A stretch of DNA of 64,000 bases from Catajapyx aquilonaris (GCA_000934665.2 KZ538403.1:1-64000), one strand, 5' to 3'. Shown: positions 28,201 through 42,689, counted from the stretch's first letter. Notes: generated by a model not told the origin, from the letters alone. Translations and numbers: made by a program.

Positions 28201-31200
28201 TGTGGATATTGCATTTTCGAGACACCGTGTGACCGGACATCGAAAAATCGGGGGGGGGGGGGGGGNGGGGTCGTTAATTTATTTGTCAACCCCCCTAGGA
28301 GCGTCCTTCGAAGTTGGCCAATCGCGAAGTAGAAGGTGTCGCTGACGTACGTGTATAAAGTGTCGCGAATATGCATCGAGCGCAATTGTGGTGTTTATGC
28401 CGGTGTCCTTGTGTACGTCCAGATTAACAAATCCCCGGTGCGCAAGGCCTGCTTGCTTGCTTGTCGAGCACGCATGACTTATAAATGTTTACTAACGCTC
28501 TCACGTCATTTGCCCGTCATTTGCTGGCGGGCTCCAAAACCTTGTAACTACTTCCTCCAACCCCGCTCTGATTGTGTCAAAATTCCGGGGGCACGTGAAG
28601 CCATCCAGTGTTAAGCCGTCAACAATGGCAAGAGCAACTGGGGAGGTTAATTGACGTTGCGATAATGCCAACAAAACGCACGTGAGGCATGTACGTGTGG
28701 CCCAGGTGTCACGGCACCTTTTTGACTACATATACGCTTATTTAAAAAACTAGCAGAGGACCCGTTCTTCGCACGCTGATTGGTCAATATTCCAGCCGGT
28801 TTATCCTGACTCTTCAGCGCAACCCACCTTACTCCCCGGTTCGGCGGGTCAGTCTATATTCAGGGGCACAAGTGACCTGTTAACAAGCCATTCATTTTTC
28901 CAGTCCCGGATAATTTCTTCGGTACAGACCTCCCCCCCAGGAAAGTGTGATGATGCGGTGCCCGCCCGGCACATCAGCATCCCCTGGACCACAGTGAAAA
29001 TGTTTCCCTCCCCGCCTCCCTCCCTCCCCCTCCCGGCGCAGCGATAAAGCAATTAGACTGGGCCGGCGACAAGCCCCTAGGGGGGGTCCGTTTCATTTCA
29101 TCGCCAATTTCACAGCCTGCGTGGCGTGTGCTGATAGCCTGTGGCGACTGCCGCTTGATGGGCCTGGAAACTTGCCCACCGCTTCGTGTTTCTCTCCATC
29201 ATTCCCTCGCTCTCTCGTCTAACACCTGAGGGACAATCCTCCTCTCTCTCTCTACCTACTATATATATACACACCTCAACCTCCAAGTCCTAATTGTCCT
29301 GCCCAGCAGCAATTGTTTATGGTGGTCAGGTAGCTTCGGTTTAACTATTCAACAACCCTAATTATACAGGGAATCGCAATTGTCTTGGCATGTCCGGTCT
29401 GATGTTGTGTACTGTCACGCCCATTACGATGTAATGACCGCATGTCGATATGTGCGATAGGATCTTGGGGGGGCAGAAATGCTATTTGGGCGACGACTCG
29501 ACTTATGGCAATTTCTGGGACTGTCGCAGCTGTCACAGTATCTAGATCCTTGCAGCCACAAAATTTATGACCCCTTCAGAATATTGTGCTGGAGCTGTAA
29601 TTCCGTTTCTGCCAACAGACGACGTTATTTTGTTAACGCGACATGCACATATCCATCAATTATGTACAGCCAATGTACCATTTATCTAAGCTCTATTGCC
29701 CGGTGACGCCCATTATTTTAGTCTTAAAAATTAATAATGAACCACTGCATGATCTAAACACTTGTATGCCAATAATGCACCTTCTTTTTATAGCATTAAT
29801 CATAAAAGTAGGGTAAGTCGTAACGGTGACAACTATTTCCCACCAGTGCAGTGTAACGCACAAAAAAAATTACATGAAAGAAAAAAAGGTGTGTTTGACG
29901 TCATGGCTGGGTGATTTACTGTTCATATGCTGTCGCATCCCGTCATTATAATTCCGGTTTATTAAGAACATCACTTTGCAGGTATTGCCATTCAAAAGAC
30001 TAAGCCCCCGCAGGAATAAGTATCATTTCCACCTGCCACACAATACAAGTTTCGCGTCGCAACGCATGTAACGCCACGAGATACAATGAGTGTGATGAAA
30101 TAATATGCCGATCACCGTACAAAAGAGGAAGCGGGATTGTTTTTTATGGAGCATTATTATTATTATTCCCCCCCCCCCTTCCCTCCCCCAAACCCCCACC
30201 TCTCTATACACGTAGAACAGGAAGTGTCGGAACGAATATGAACAGTGGAAAGTTGACCCCTGCAATGCGTCGAAACAATGCAGGCTTTTCACCGGGACCT
30301 ATCGGTTAAGCTTTGGGAAAATACGATAACGGTAGGTAAGTTTTTAATATGGATGACGGCAGTAAAAGTTGGATTATTCGAATACATGTAGGATGAGAAA
30401 AAACGACACGTGTAACGAGCGTTCAGCTATCGGGTTGTTAGCATAAACAATTTACTCATAAGTCACATGTTTATTAAAACCTGTTGATTCTAAGAGGTTG
30501 AAACCTTGCCCCTTTTCTCATACCAATCAACTGAAAAAATAACACCTACATATTAGCTCCATAAAATGATCGACATACCTTCTTCTCCACCCCTTTTCTT
30601 AAGAAATGTGCTCTCCTGAATCGTGAAGTGCTTTTCCTCGGTCGCATCGATCACTTTCAAGGCTTGGTAATCTCAACGGGGCAAAACCTGACATTTTTTC
30701 TACCGTTTCTATCCGTCTCTTCCTCTACTTTTTTCGGCTGGAAGGAAGTTGGCCACAGCCGGCATTTTTATCGCCCAAAGTTGGCGACAGGCCACCAAGA
30801 AACGACCGACAATGAGATCCTCCGAAGACATCCTCAGCCTCCCCCAAAAAGATGCTCTATTTTATACACACAAGGTACTAGGTCAGGGCTAAGACCTCAC
30901 AAAAATAATCCCCGATCATTGAAGAGTTCCTCTTGAAAACCTGGTTCCGGGGTGGAACACAAGAACATCGATCAAATCCGGAAACTTTTTTTCTTTCTTT
31001 TTTCCCCCCTCCAGATATTTTTTTTTACCTTCTCCATTCTCTTTTCTCTCTGGATGGGCTGAGTTCAATCACCTCCTAAAGGCGCGTCTCCAAATCTTAC
31101 CCAAGAAAACTAGGGGGGCCAGCAGCCGTGAAATGTATCTGAGCTTATGAAAATGGAAACAAGGGACCTCGTTGTGCTGGAACACGAGTAAAAAGAAATC

Positions 31201-33461
31201 CGGAGAAGACAAAAACAAGGAACCATACAGCTGTTTTAAGACTCCAGTCGAACGAATCGGGTGTATATAAAAGTTTGTCGGTGCCATTCCGGATATTAAT
31301 ATATAGATTCGATTCGGGCCACCCCCTGTACACAAGACAGGTTTTTGTACATTAAGGGGGTATGCTCTCTAGAGGTTAATTAAGCTAAAGGAAGCTCATT
31401 TTCACCACCATTGTGCGATGGGGTCTGTCACGACGTTGCGCATTTTTTGTGGGTATAACTTATGGACAATGGCCACCGGATCGGCCAGGAGGTGGCCAAC
31501 GTGTTAAATTCTTGGAAGGTAAATAAGCCGGGCAGGTTCTTTAGAAGATTATCTGCGAACACTCGAGTACAGTCTTGGACTATAGAAAGTGGCGTGTGTA
31601 TAAGCAAAGACGACATGTAATATTCTCGAATATACTTTTGCAACATACATTTGGCGAAAAAACATACACGCTATATTGCGATGTTTATAGTATGTGAACA
31701 GGTTTGAAATAATTTTACGTATATTGTCACGCAATGAGACTCTACGTGTTCTTGCACATTCCATGACGTCTTTGCTATGTGAATAATGAGTAAAAATATA
31801 CAACATAAAACATGGGGACTTGTGAGGATCTCGTCCACTCCAGAAATCGAGTTCACTTTTACACCGCTGCAACGCGTCAATTACACACACTGTATTTACC
31901 AAAAATTGCCCAAATTAGAAGGCGAAAATTCCATCGTGCACCAATTATGCAAAACATATTGTTAGCAGCCATGGGGCCCCGCTCGTCAAATTACGTGTAC
32001 GGCATGAAATTCCAACCTTGTGACCGGACACCCCCGGCCCGATCTACGAGTACGTGCTTTCCCAACTCCGGTCCCTACACTCTTAATTGAATAGAGAGTA
32101 CGAACTGGAATCATAAACTTGTTCATTACGCCCTGTACACAGCGCCGCCGCCGTGTTGGACGCACAGCAGACCTACTTATCTTTTGGAACAAGCCCGCCA
32201 ATTTATAGCCGTGTTTTTGTGCATGTGTACCAGGTCACCAGCATATTACATGTTCAGGAAACATTAGGGGTAAAAACTTTCCCGCTGCCCAGATGGAAAT
32301 TACTTTTAACACCTCCCCTGGTGCCACGGCTCGGCGTAATTAAGAAACGCAATGCTGGACCCTGGTTGGTGCGCGCATCGATTGCGACAATGGGGCTCGT
32401 TCCAGAAATTACTGAACAAGACTGGAGGAGTATCATTAATTATCCCGCGAGACACTTTATGACGGACCACGCGTAGCGAAAGCGGACTTGTGGGGTGGTT
32501 TCAGGCATTAAAAAGGCTTCTCATGAATAAGAGAACTGATGTTTGTCCGATTCAGAGACTTGGGTTTCGATTCTAAAATTGTTCTCGGGATAGAATGGAC
32601 ATTTATAAGTCGAAAATGTAAAGGTGAGATATGTTAACCGCTAATAACATACCGTTGGGGTGAGATTGTGCCAGGTGGGGCGAGTCTTAGAGTCATCAAC
32701 ATTTTATTTGAAATTAACCCTATATAGAATACTCATAAGGAAACGGGGCTGCCGATAAACACAAAAAAATATGAAGACGGATATCTTATCACAGACTAGA
32801 TGTAATAAACATTTTCTCGACCTTTCTGTAAACAATGTGATGGCCTATCTTCCTCGAGAAATGTCACGATTTTTTTTTCTCTCTCTCTTCGCAATCGTGA
32901 GTATTATGGCGTCGATTTTATCTGAATCAGGCGAGTGTTTATTACGCTTTTTTTCAGTACTACCCCGATCCTCCTTATTTGAGATTTCTTCGACCTCTAC
33001 TTGAACAAAAGTCAAGTAGACTTGAGCCACTGGCCCGATAACACTCGTTGCTAAATAATAGACGCCACCAAACCATTAATTAGCATCTTATTTGCTCACG
33101 CCACATATGTAGTACAATATTCCTAACCTAAAAATCTCAGTCAAGCGAGTGACAGGTGAACATGTGGGTCACCACTCGTGGCATACCCCGTAAAACCGCC
33201 ATCCTTCAATAAATCAAGGGTGCCAGACAAGTGAGCATAACCGAGATGAGAAAAGTGGGTGGGTTGGACGGGGTGGGAAAACCTTCGGAATGCGCCTGGC
33301 CTGCCAGTTTGGAAACCCCCCGAAAGAACCTGGGCACAAAATTCATAAATCATAACCTCCACTTCATCGCAGCCCCGTTTCTGATTGAGATAAATGCACG
33401 TCAGGCTGGATGGGAGCTCCTCTTGGCCTTCCCCTGCTGCGCCCAGAGATGAGCATGGGAT

Positions 33462-33505
33462 GAAGGAAGAAGAAAAAAAAAAGAAGAAGAAGAAGAGAAG
33501 GGGGG
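33462..33505 (+). repeat. Polypurine (GAA)n/A-run simple repeat
   Basis: gaaggaagaagaaaaaaaaaagaagaagaagaagagaagggggg. Confidence 0.85.
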
Positions 33506-36500
33506 TGGTAGGGAGGCAAGCCGCCCCTTCTCTTCACAACCGACAGAAAACCCTATTCAGCTTCCATCACTGGATTGCAGGGAGGAGCCATCTTGGAGAT
33601 GCATTGTTTCCAAGAAGGTCGCCCACCTCCAAATATTTTCCAAAGGAGGTGGTGCACATGTTAAATTGCTCATTCAAATCCTCTGCAATCAAATTTTTGT
33701 TGGCTGATAATCTGAGAGCAAAACCTGTGTTGCGAGGCTTGGTTTTGCGCATAACTCGCTTTTCATTCCTGCCAACCCTGTGCTGAATACTGGGACTCAT
33801 TGCAACAGCCTTTATTGACCTAATCAGGGACGTCCTGGGCAGATATTTGCAGACAATGTTTCCCAAGCGTTGGGTCAAAAGGGGTGGATGAAAATCGCAC
33901 CCAGGATATGATGTCGGCCATGTTGAATTCATAGGAATAAAACCAGCAACAGCAATAGTCCTCATTGATCTCGTCTGACAGCAGGAGGAAAAAATATGAT
34001 TGGCAGTGTTAGAAGGCTAACAAACTGCTTCCTATATAGAGAAACAGTAGGCCTTTGACGTCACGAGCACTTTAGATTCAGTAATTCGTTTATTTTCCTA
34101 TTGGAGACGGGGGCTCAGATGCAAACCGGATTTTTTTTTCTCTCTCTCTCTAGCTCTCAACCTCTCCTTGTACGATCATTGACAACTGACACCAGGAGAC
34201 AGATGACACAATCACTTTTACAGCCACCATAAGCTTCTTAAGTAGAATATCCGGTGGGAATTACGTAGTACTCGATAATTTTACACTGGCTCGACATGCA
34301 AGCGAAAGTGACGTAACGCGCCAAATCTTACGTCCCATGAAGGTGAAAAAAAACCAAACTCGACTGGAAAATTCTTCCATTTGCATATACTGTTGTTTCA
34401 ACATCTGCTCTAAAAGCGGATTCTATCCACGACGCAAAAATGACGTCAGAAACACCGCCCAGAATGCAACACTTATTATTGCGATTGGCCGTCAGGTGAA
34501 AGCCTCTCTCTCTATATATATGCAGTCTCCGGCTTCACAAAAAAAGAAATTTGCAATGTCACATATGTGAGAGGCATTGTTGTTTTTGTAAGGCACCTGT
34601 GACTCCCTCTCTTTCAAAAGCCAGTGTAAATATTATCAGTTCCTGCCAGTCTCCAGGATGATGGAGGACTCGTTTCTGACCTCATGACATCAACCACCCA
34701 CATTCGGCATCAACATTAAAATCCGCATCCGTCAAAATATTGCACTTGGGACTTGCTCGAGTTCAATTGAGGAATGACCCAACAGTTTGCAATGGGGACT
34801 TCCAAAATAAAACAATTCTGCCGGCTGGCGCCCCAGTGATTGCAAGAACATGTTTTCGACAGCGTAAACAGGCCTTATCGCTTAATTAACCCGGTTTTTA
34901 TGGTCACGGTCAAATGGTTGTGGACAATATGGCTCAAACAGTGACATAAACTCAGGACCAGTTTTTTTTCCGCGTTGGACTTTCCGAAATACAGCGAGTA
35001 CAGGAAAGGTGTTGCCATTTATTTATAAGGAAATATTTATGCGACATTGTTCAGGCACAATTTCTCAAAAGAAATGCCAGGTCATCTGGCTCATATTTAA
35101 TATTAACATTGCGATGATGAAATGCGGGTTCTAACATGACACATTCCTTTTGTGGCCCCTGTGCAGCGTAGATTTGACTGGTGGGAGGGAGAGAGATCCA
35201 TTGTCTCTCTCTCGGGCCTTTTTTCATAGGCCAACCAGAACTGCCATAAATATTCATAGGTCCGGTCCTATTCTGACCATGGAATTTCTGCGATCGCAAT
35301 CTATACGCCATATCGTGCGCATTTACTTTTCTTTCTTTACATGGAAAGGTCGATTTCCAATTGCATTTTTGATCAGACGATTCTGAGCGGTGTTTCAAAA
35401 AAAAGAAAATTTCTGGTCCGTCTAGTTTTAGTGTGTTGTTACATCCAACTTTTATAATAACACTGCGGTCCTCCGCATTCGTAATAGCTCCTCAAACTGA
35501 CCTCAAATAATAATAAAACGTGGACCCTCGCCNCCCCCCCCCCCCAAACCAGTTGCATATTTGCTATGCTGTGCTGGGATTTGAAATGGGATTTGGGAGG
35601 GAAAAAGATGGGCAGAGAAAACACGGGTCCGGAAGAGGCAATAGAAAATCCCATTTGGGATGTTACACTTGTCGGTTGACCGAGCTCGCCATCAAATATT
35701 TAGGCTCTTTCCGTTAGCTTTGTCATTCGCAGCGGCGTAAACGGTCAACTGACGAGCTACAGTTCAGACAAGGAGACAATGTAAACTGGCTTCCAATATA
35801 CGTCAGCTTTTTTCGGGTGGGGTGGGACTGGCCTATCATGCGACAGAGGGTGAACAAAAAATATATATAAAATATGGCAAAAGGCCGTGTGCACGTATAA
35901 GAACCTGGTCGTTTGTCAACAATATGGGGAATAGAGCGCCGCCAGTCAGAACATGAAAATGAAGGACTATAAAAGGATCATTCTTATCTACCGACGTTTT
36001 TATCTCTGCTGAAGTGGAATATGAGGCAATATTACCAATTTCGGATTGTTCCCTGTCCGATGGACCGTGTCCTTTCCCCTCCCTCGCGGTGCACAGGGTG
36101 TTTCGTAACACGGGTCATATTACGGTTCCAGTAAATTGCATTTACTATTTTTAGAAATGGTACTAACGGTCTGAAGTTTATTTATGGCATCAAAAATTAA
36201 CAGTAGTGCAACCGGATTATTTCTCGAGTCAACAATATTAGACTGACTGGAAAAATCCTGTTGACTTCAGAGGTCAATGATTTCAGGCAGGTGACTCACA
36301 ATGTTTCAATTGAAGCTTGAAATTATGCTTCTCACATTCGGAAATGTAACACCTTTCCGCCTTAATAAAAACCCCGCTTTCAAAGGACAACTCGACTGTA
36401 ACCTACAAAGCCCTATACACTAATGATAATATCAGGCAGGAAGTAGGGAATCAACACTTTAAAAAAAATGCACAATTCGTATAAAGTACGGTGTTGCTAT

Positions 36501-39500
36501 ACACCTTTTCCTCCCACCTCATTACAAATCTGGTTTTGAATTATTTTTTAATATAAATTCTCCCTTCACATATACTGTGTAGTTGTATATGCGTGAGCCA
36601 CGTGTGTTTCTCTTTGTCTGCACGCACCTTCTCTGGCCGGCCTCACCTGACCGATTCAACAGGCCCAACCCCAGCCATCCATCTGGACCCCAACCCGCCC
36701 ACCTAACCTGACCCAGTGCTGGCCAGTTTTCCCCGCTGAATGAATGACGACATAGGTCCAGCAGCAGCAGGGGTTGAGGAAGGCAAAGAACCCTCAAGGC
36801 ACGCCGCTCGCTTCTGGCCAGACCCCATCCAACCCTACTAAACCAGCTCTTCCCCATTTTCAAACTGGCCCGCCACGGAGCAAGTCCCATTCCGGCTCAT
36901 CAGATGGCGAGACACGTTTCCGGTGACGTAATGCGCGGAAATAGACGTGTGATATGAGGCAAAGCGCATAACATTGAAAATAACAAAAGAAAGTTCTAAT
37001 AAAAAATTGAGGTAAAATTGAATAAATTAAGGGTAATGTCCGACTGGGTGCAATATCCATAAAAGGTTAAGATTCACCCATAATATTGCATTAAGGTAAC
37101 GGAGCATGACTATTGCAAGGTCGTTTTTCGGCCAAAAATTAATGACGCGTTTTACTGAGGGGGAAAAAAAATCCGTTTCAAGTACAATGTCGTAGAACGG
37201 TGCCAAGTACCCACGTCAGTTGACGCACCCATAGGCTTTGCAATGTACCAGAGCATCAAAATGCTCGGTTAGCACGGGGAGCATTAACACATAGTTAAGT
37301 CTCGCTGCATAATTCTCCCATGATTTCCTGTTTGTCGCGCTGCGACGGCCGCCATTATCATGTTTCCTTCTTTCTGCGCGTTATACTGCCGTAATCACAA
37401 TTCTCCCGTTTCCTCGCGACCAAGTTGCAAAGTTGCCAGAAGGTGAGATTACCATCCTGTGTTCAAAATCCCATCGCGGTGCAAGGAAACAAAACATGAA
37501 GACGGTGCAAGGAGATAATGTTCCTACTCAACGACCTGGATCCCTTCCAAGGATGAACGCATGAGAAGTCAGCACTAAACTTTTATATTTATGACGCCAA
37601 TGGAAGGAGGTGATGGGAGAGAAGTTATTAATTTTTTTATACACCATGTTGTTGCTGTTGTTCATTATAGAGGTTGTGTTTTTTTAGTGGTTACAAGCAT
37701 ACATTTCCATAACATCAGTCACGTTTTTGCGACTTGTTTTAAATTAAGAATTAGTAGAACTATCAGTCAGCAATTTTTTAATCGACAGCCAATCAGTCAC
37801 TGGCTTGAAATCTGGGAGATGCACAAGTAAATCAAGGATTTGAGGTTTCTTCTTCCTGGAATGATAAACAGGATGTCGTTGTAGGCGGTGGTGGATAAAT
37901 TCCAAGACCAACTGCTCCACAGCTCATAATGTTTACCCCCGTTTTTCTTCCTCTAGTCGGAACCCGCCTTTTCCCACACTCAAATGATATTTTTAAGCAA
38001 ATGACTAATGATCAAGAAAACTAATATAAACAACACGGAGAATATACATACACACAAAAAAAAACCCTGCACTCTTCAGCACAATCTGGCGATACACGAG
38101 TAGAGAATATTAATGATCCAACCACTTGGAGAGACCCGTTTTCATTACGAAAACATTAACATTTCACACCCTCGGCTTTCAACCCGCCGCTATTCCGGTG
38201 CCAAAAATTTTCACATTTCTGCTCCATCTGCGCTATATAAAAAAAAATTCTGGCCTTTGGAATGTGTCCTCATCCTAAGGAGGGTATGCAGCATATATAC
38301 CTTGATTTACGGTCGATTTATACAAGCCGCGGTAACAAATATCCAATTACCAGCAAGTGTGGATCTCTCTTAAGTAAATTCCAGCTAGGATCATGCGTTT
38401 TAAAATATATCCCTGGGTGCATTGTGTTGTCAAGGCGGAGTAATACCCACAGAGGAGTGCTGTCCTGGAGAAAAATAGGTCTGGCATTGTCCGGTTTTTT
38501 TTCCATCCATCCCTCCATCCTTGTTCTATTCAAATATGAACTTTCAACGCCGTAAATTAAGACAAATGAGGTAATTACGGCTAAACTGCTTGTTTAATGA
38601 ACCGACACTGCTACTGTAGGCAACAAAAATTCACTTTGTGTTAAGGAAGAAGTCATTTGCAAAAATAGTTTTTTTCCATCCTACGCTTTTTCCAGGCCGG
38701 CGCAGTAGAGCTGGGTTATAATCAGGTACGCACGCTATATATTTCACTATTGTGGTTTCCACTCTTAAAGATATGAGCTCGTTATTAGGAGGAAGTTAGG
38801 GGGTTGCGGTAGGCTAAGAATCCTTCATTTCCTTACCCCCTCTTATTTAGATAGACATATTTCGCTATGTAGTTAGTACAGCGCTTTTTTATGTTCCTAT
38901 GTAACTAGCGAGAGCCCTAAAAATATCTGAACTGTACCTTATTACAGTGGTATAGGAACGGTTCAAAATCGACTTCATTTAAGAAACATAATGGCTTCTG
39001 AAAATGGTACTTGCACCTGGATTACTAGGGAGAGAAAAATATATTACCCGACTTTGCAAGGCAGTAAAGGCTATATTTATTTTAAAATTCGAGCTTGGTG
39101 GTCGAGAATTTAGATATTGTTATTCCATACATTTAAATCAGCTGCCGTTCGGTAAAAGAAAGTCACGAAATATTTCACTTAAGCAAGATTGAAGAATATT
39201 GTTGCGTTCAATTGATTTCTTCTCTGCACACGTCAGCAAAATATATTCACATCAGCTCAACTTTCCACGAACCAAATATTTTTGCCACGGCTCCGAAAGT
39301 GTTTTTCCCACGATTTCCACGTAAAGTCATCGACATTTAGGATCGAAAACACGCTACCTTTCCACTAATTCCACATTTGGAAATCAACTGCCCCTCCCAT
39401 TACAACTTCCCATCCTCCACCTTCGACAAACAAGAAACATTTTGCAGACCTGGAGAACCCCCGTGAATTGGCAGACAACCACGAGACGCCATCGACGTGA

Positions 39501-41897
39501 AAGAAGTCGAGCATCCAAAAGTAGAAAAGGGTTGTGGGTTCGAGTAAAAAAAAAAGAAGTGGAAAAAAACGAAGCCCTTTACTCCCTGTCCAAACACCTG
39601 GTATAACTCCAAACAAAGGTAGCCCTAGCAAAAAGGAGTGGTCCTCCCCTCTCCTTGTAACTTCTGCGTAAACACCAAGTCTGAGTCCATGTTGACAGAG
39701 TAGTGCCACTGTGCACACGGAGCCCAATTCCCCATCCGGAGCCTTCAAAAAACTCCATTTTTTTATTTTAGAAAATAAAAAAACGATTGTTTGCTAGTCC
39801 ATGCGGGGGAGTCCAAAGTGGCTTTTTTTTCTTAACCAAAAAGCAGGTGAGGAATTTCGTGGTGTTTCAATCCATTTTTCCCCTTAACAAAAATGCCATT
39901 TGCATACACCAGTCTTCAGTTGTCAAATGGTTATTATATGCCCCACCCTCTACCGTCCTTTATGAAAGTTCAATATTTCGGTGATTATTGGCCACAAAGG
40001 CCGGCTTGAAAAGCTTCCCCCCCAACCAACAGTTCTTGGTTGTTATCGAAAATGCCACATCAATCCGGAAATATTTTTCCCTAGAGGGCCGAACACGTCC
40101 GTTGTTGCAATAACACATCGGTGATAATGAAACTTTTTTTGGGGTGGGTTCAAAAACATTTACCTTTACCTGAAGTGACATTCTGTCTCTTCTATAGAAA
40201 ATCTTTGCCATTTTACCCTCGGTGCTCATCGGGTTGCGACCCAATGGGCATTGTCTCGGGGAAAAAAGCAGGCCGCCTATGAATAATTGAGCAGCTTTTA
40301 GTTTGTCCGGTGGGGTTGTAGTTTTAAAAAACATGGACAAGGCGAGAGTGGCAAGTGCAGGCTTTTGGTCGGCTGTCAATAGCTTGCATCCCCCGTGGCC
40401 CAATCAGAATCCAAAAAGCCATCATCCAACCCCCACATACTACACACACACACACACAACTCAGAAAGAGCCATCCCAGCAATCCATCAGTCATTTCGAA
40501 CCCCCCTCGTACCTCCTACCCCCCCTGTTTTTGCCGTATAAATAAAACAAGGTCCCAGGCGCGTTCGAAATATAAATTACGCATCGTGCGGGTGCCATAC
40601 CAGCCCACCAGAAAACAAAAATCGACATTATGGATGCGAGTGTCAAGCCCACTTGATTGTGTGTTGCTGTTGGACCGGATATGGAATGGGGGCCTCCACG
40701 CATGCCTGCAGAGCCCCGGGACTCAACTTTACTGCCTTTGGGAACATGTCAATGCTTTGTCAACCGTGTGTTGCAAGTGACAGACCGTCCATTTATCGGC
40801 CGCTTCAATCTTCATCCTAGAACAAACCCATCATCCACAATGGGTTGGCTGGGTTGGAGGGATATGCAAATGGGAAGATCTTAGTATGCAGGGTCCTGAA
40901 AATCCTTTGGATGTTTGTGTTGGGGTGGAGGTGTGCATATGTTTTTCTTTGGAGGTAAATTTCTTGCAAGTTCACCAAGCGACGTGATAGGTATGCAAAT
41001 TGGCGATGGTTAACAGGAAATGTCAAACACTGCATTTTTTGTGTTTAGATTGTGCACCTGTATTCCGCAATAATTGGGAATTACCCGCTTCTTAAATATA
41101 TTACTACAATATCCGTGCAATAATCGCATTTGTGTCTGTTATCCTGCTTATCACGTAAGGGCCGGGAGTTCAAATTGGCTAAGGGCGACAAAATTCATTA
41201 CCATCTCCGATTGTCTAGAGGGGGTGGGGTGTTCCAAAAACGATCCAATTTCTTATGCCAACCTGCAAAACGGTGCGCGATGATAGAGGAGACGCCTTAC
41301 TGTCATCCAGATAAAATCAAGCGAATGAAATCTTAATGGGGACGACAAAGTTCCTTACTTGACTAACGAAGCTTGTAATCTGGTCCTGACTCGAATTACA
41401 ACTTTTATGACGCGGAAATGAAGTCCTAATGCGAAATCCTTTTCCATTACAGAGATGACGCCGAAGGGGGGCCGCACCTGGCAAAAGCTGACCCACCTTC
41501 ATCTACAGGCCCTATTAAGCTGTGACCCCCACGAACTGCGCAGGACCAGTCTTTCCCACGACTCTCACGAAATATTTACCTCGCCATTTCCAGCCTGAAT
41601 TGGGTGCGAAAACAAACTCTGGGCACAGATACAGCATCTTCAGAGGTAAAAAATGGCAAGCAGCCGCTGGTTCCCCCCCACAAATTCAAATTAGGCTCAA
41701 GATTTATCTCCTAGCAAAATTTTGATAAGCGTTTCCTTCAACACACCGGCTAAGAAGTCAAACAGACATAAAGAAATCAACAAATACGCGATGTGTGTTT
41801 TGGCAGTCAGCACCAATTTTCCATCCGGCGTCCTTTTCATGGCTTTCTGTATACCGACTTCTTGTGACAACTGTGTGCGCGGCTATTTCCAGCTTAC

Positions 41898-42689
41898 CTG
41901 AGGCAAAGTTGGCGATGGGCACGTTCTTGGTGATGGACTCGGCCACGTCGTTCAGGCCGTACATGCTGAGAAGCTCCTTCATGGTGCTCTCGGCGTACTC
42001 TTTCATTGCTGAGGCGTCGGCCGGGGAAGTCCCGAAACGGCGTCCTTCAGGCGATCGAGACGCTGATTGGTGCGCGTACGGTGAAAAGAACGCGGCCATT
42101 CGGCCTGAGAGGTCCATGACGGCCGCGGCCGCCGCGGCCGATGAGTCCTCATGTCCGTTGCTGGCCCGCTGCACAGTCTCACTGTTATTATTACCACTAG
42201 GACTGTCTCCTTCCTCCTCCTCGTCCTCATCATCGTCCTCAAAATCACCTCGGACACTCAAGTCCATCGGAGTGCTCTCACGCTCGTGCCTCCTAGCCCA
42301 TAATGTCCGTTTGGCTAGATCCAACGGCTGTTCAGCGGTGGTCGCGTCCTCTTCGCCGTCCTCGACCACCTCCGAGCCTTCCTCCATCTCTTCGCTTTCG
42401 TAAGAGTACGACACTATGTTCCTGGGCTTGAAGTCTTTTCGCTTGTTCCGACGAACACTGCTGGTGGTTTGGGGCACTGGGTTGCTTCGCTGGAACTTGT
42501 TGTCGAAGTCCAACGATGCTTCCTCGCTGATGACCAGGGCAGGCTCGGAGTCCGGGTCGTCTCCCTCGCCCTCGTCCGGGTCGCCCTCGGACTCGCTGTG
42601 GCTACTGGTCTGGCCCTCGGTGTCGCCCCGGTGCTCTTCTTCCAAGGACTCGCCGTTAAACCGGACGGTGTCCTCTCCGTCCATCGGAC
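41898..42689 (-). CDS. cas: Coding exon B (792 nt, phase 1-1) of castor/CASZ1-like zinc-finger transcription factor; acidic tracts, RRNKRKDFKPR basic patch, PLDLA/PMDLS/VMDLS motifs, conserved MKEYAESTMKELLSMYGL helix
   Basis: Core of the longest ORF in the window (41758-42684, 308 aa), strongly GC-rich relative to flanks. Acceptor tttgattcccatcag|GTCCGATG at 42690/42689; donor TCAG|GTAAGC at 41898/41897; length divisible by 3. Exon status is well supported. The gene name rests on recalled similarity of EYAESTMKELLSMYG to the CASZ1 N-terminal YAASTMTEFLGMFG motif (identity confidence about 0.65-0.7). Confidence 0.9.

Larger units (their letters stand above)
10840..41897 (-). other. Large intron (31,058 bp) between exons B and C
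   Basis: GTAAGC...TTTCAG boundaries with compatible phase; no convincing coding exon seen inside, though small cassette exons cannot be excluded. Confidence 0.75.

Noticed and set aside
41758..41897. ORF read-through past the exon B donor (GKLEIAAH...), which resembles the spliced GKILE
   Set aside because: GTAAG itself supplies G-K, composition turns intron-like immediately, and the similarity is too short to mean anything. An intron-retained truncated isoform cannot be excluded without RNA data.
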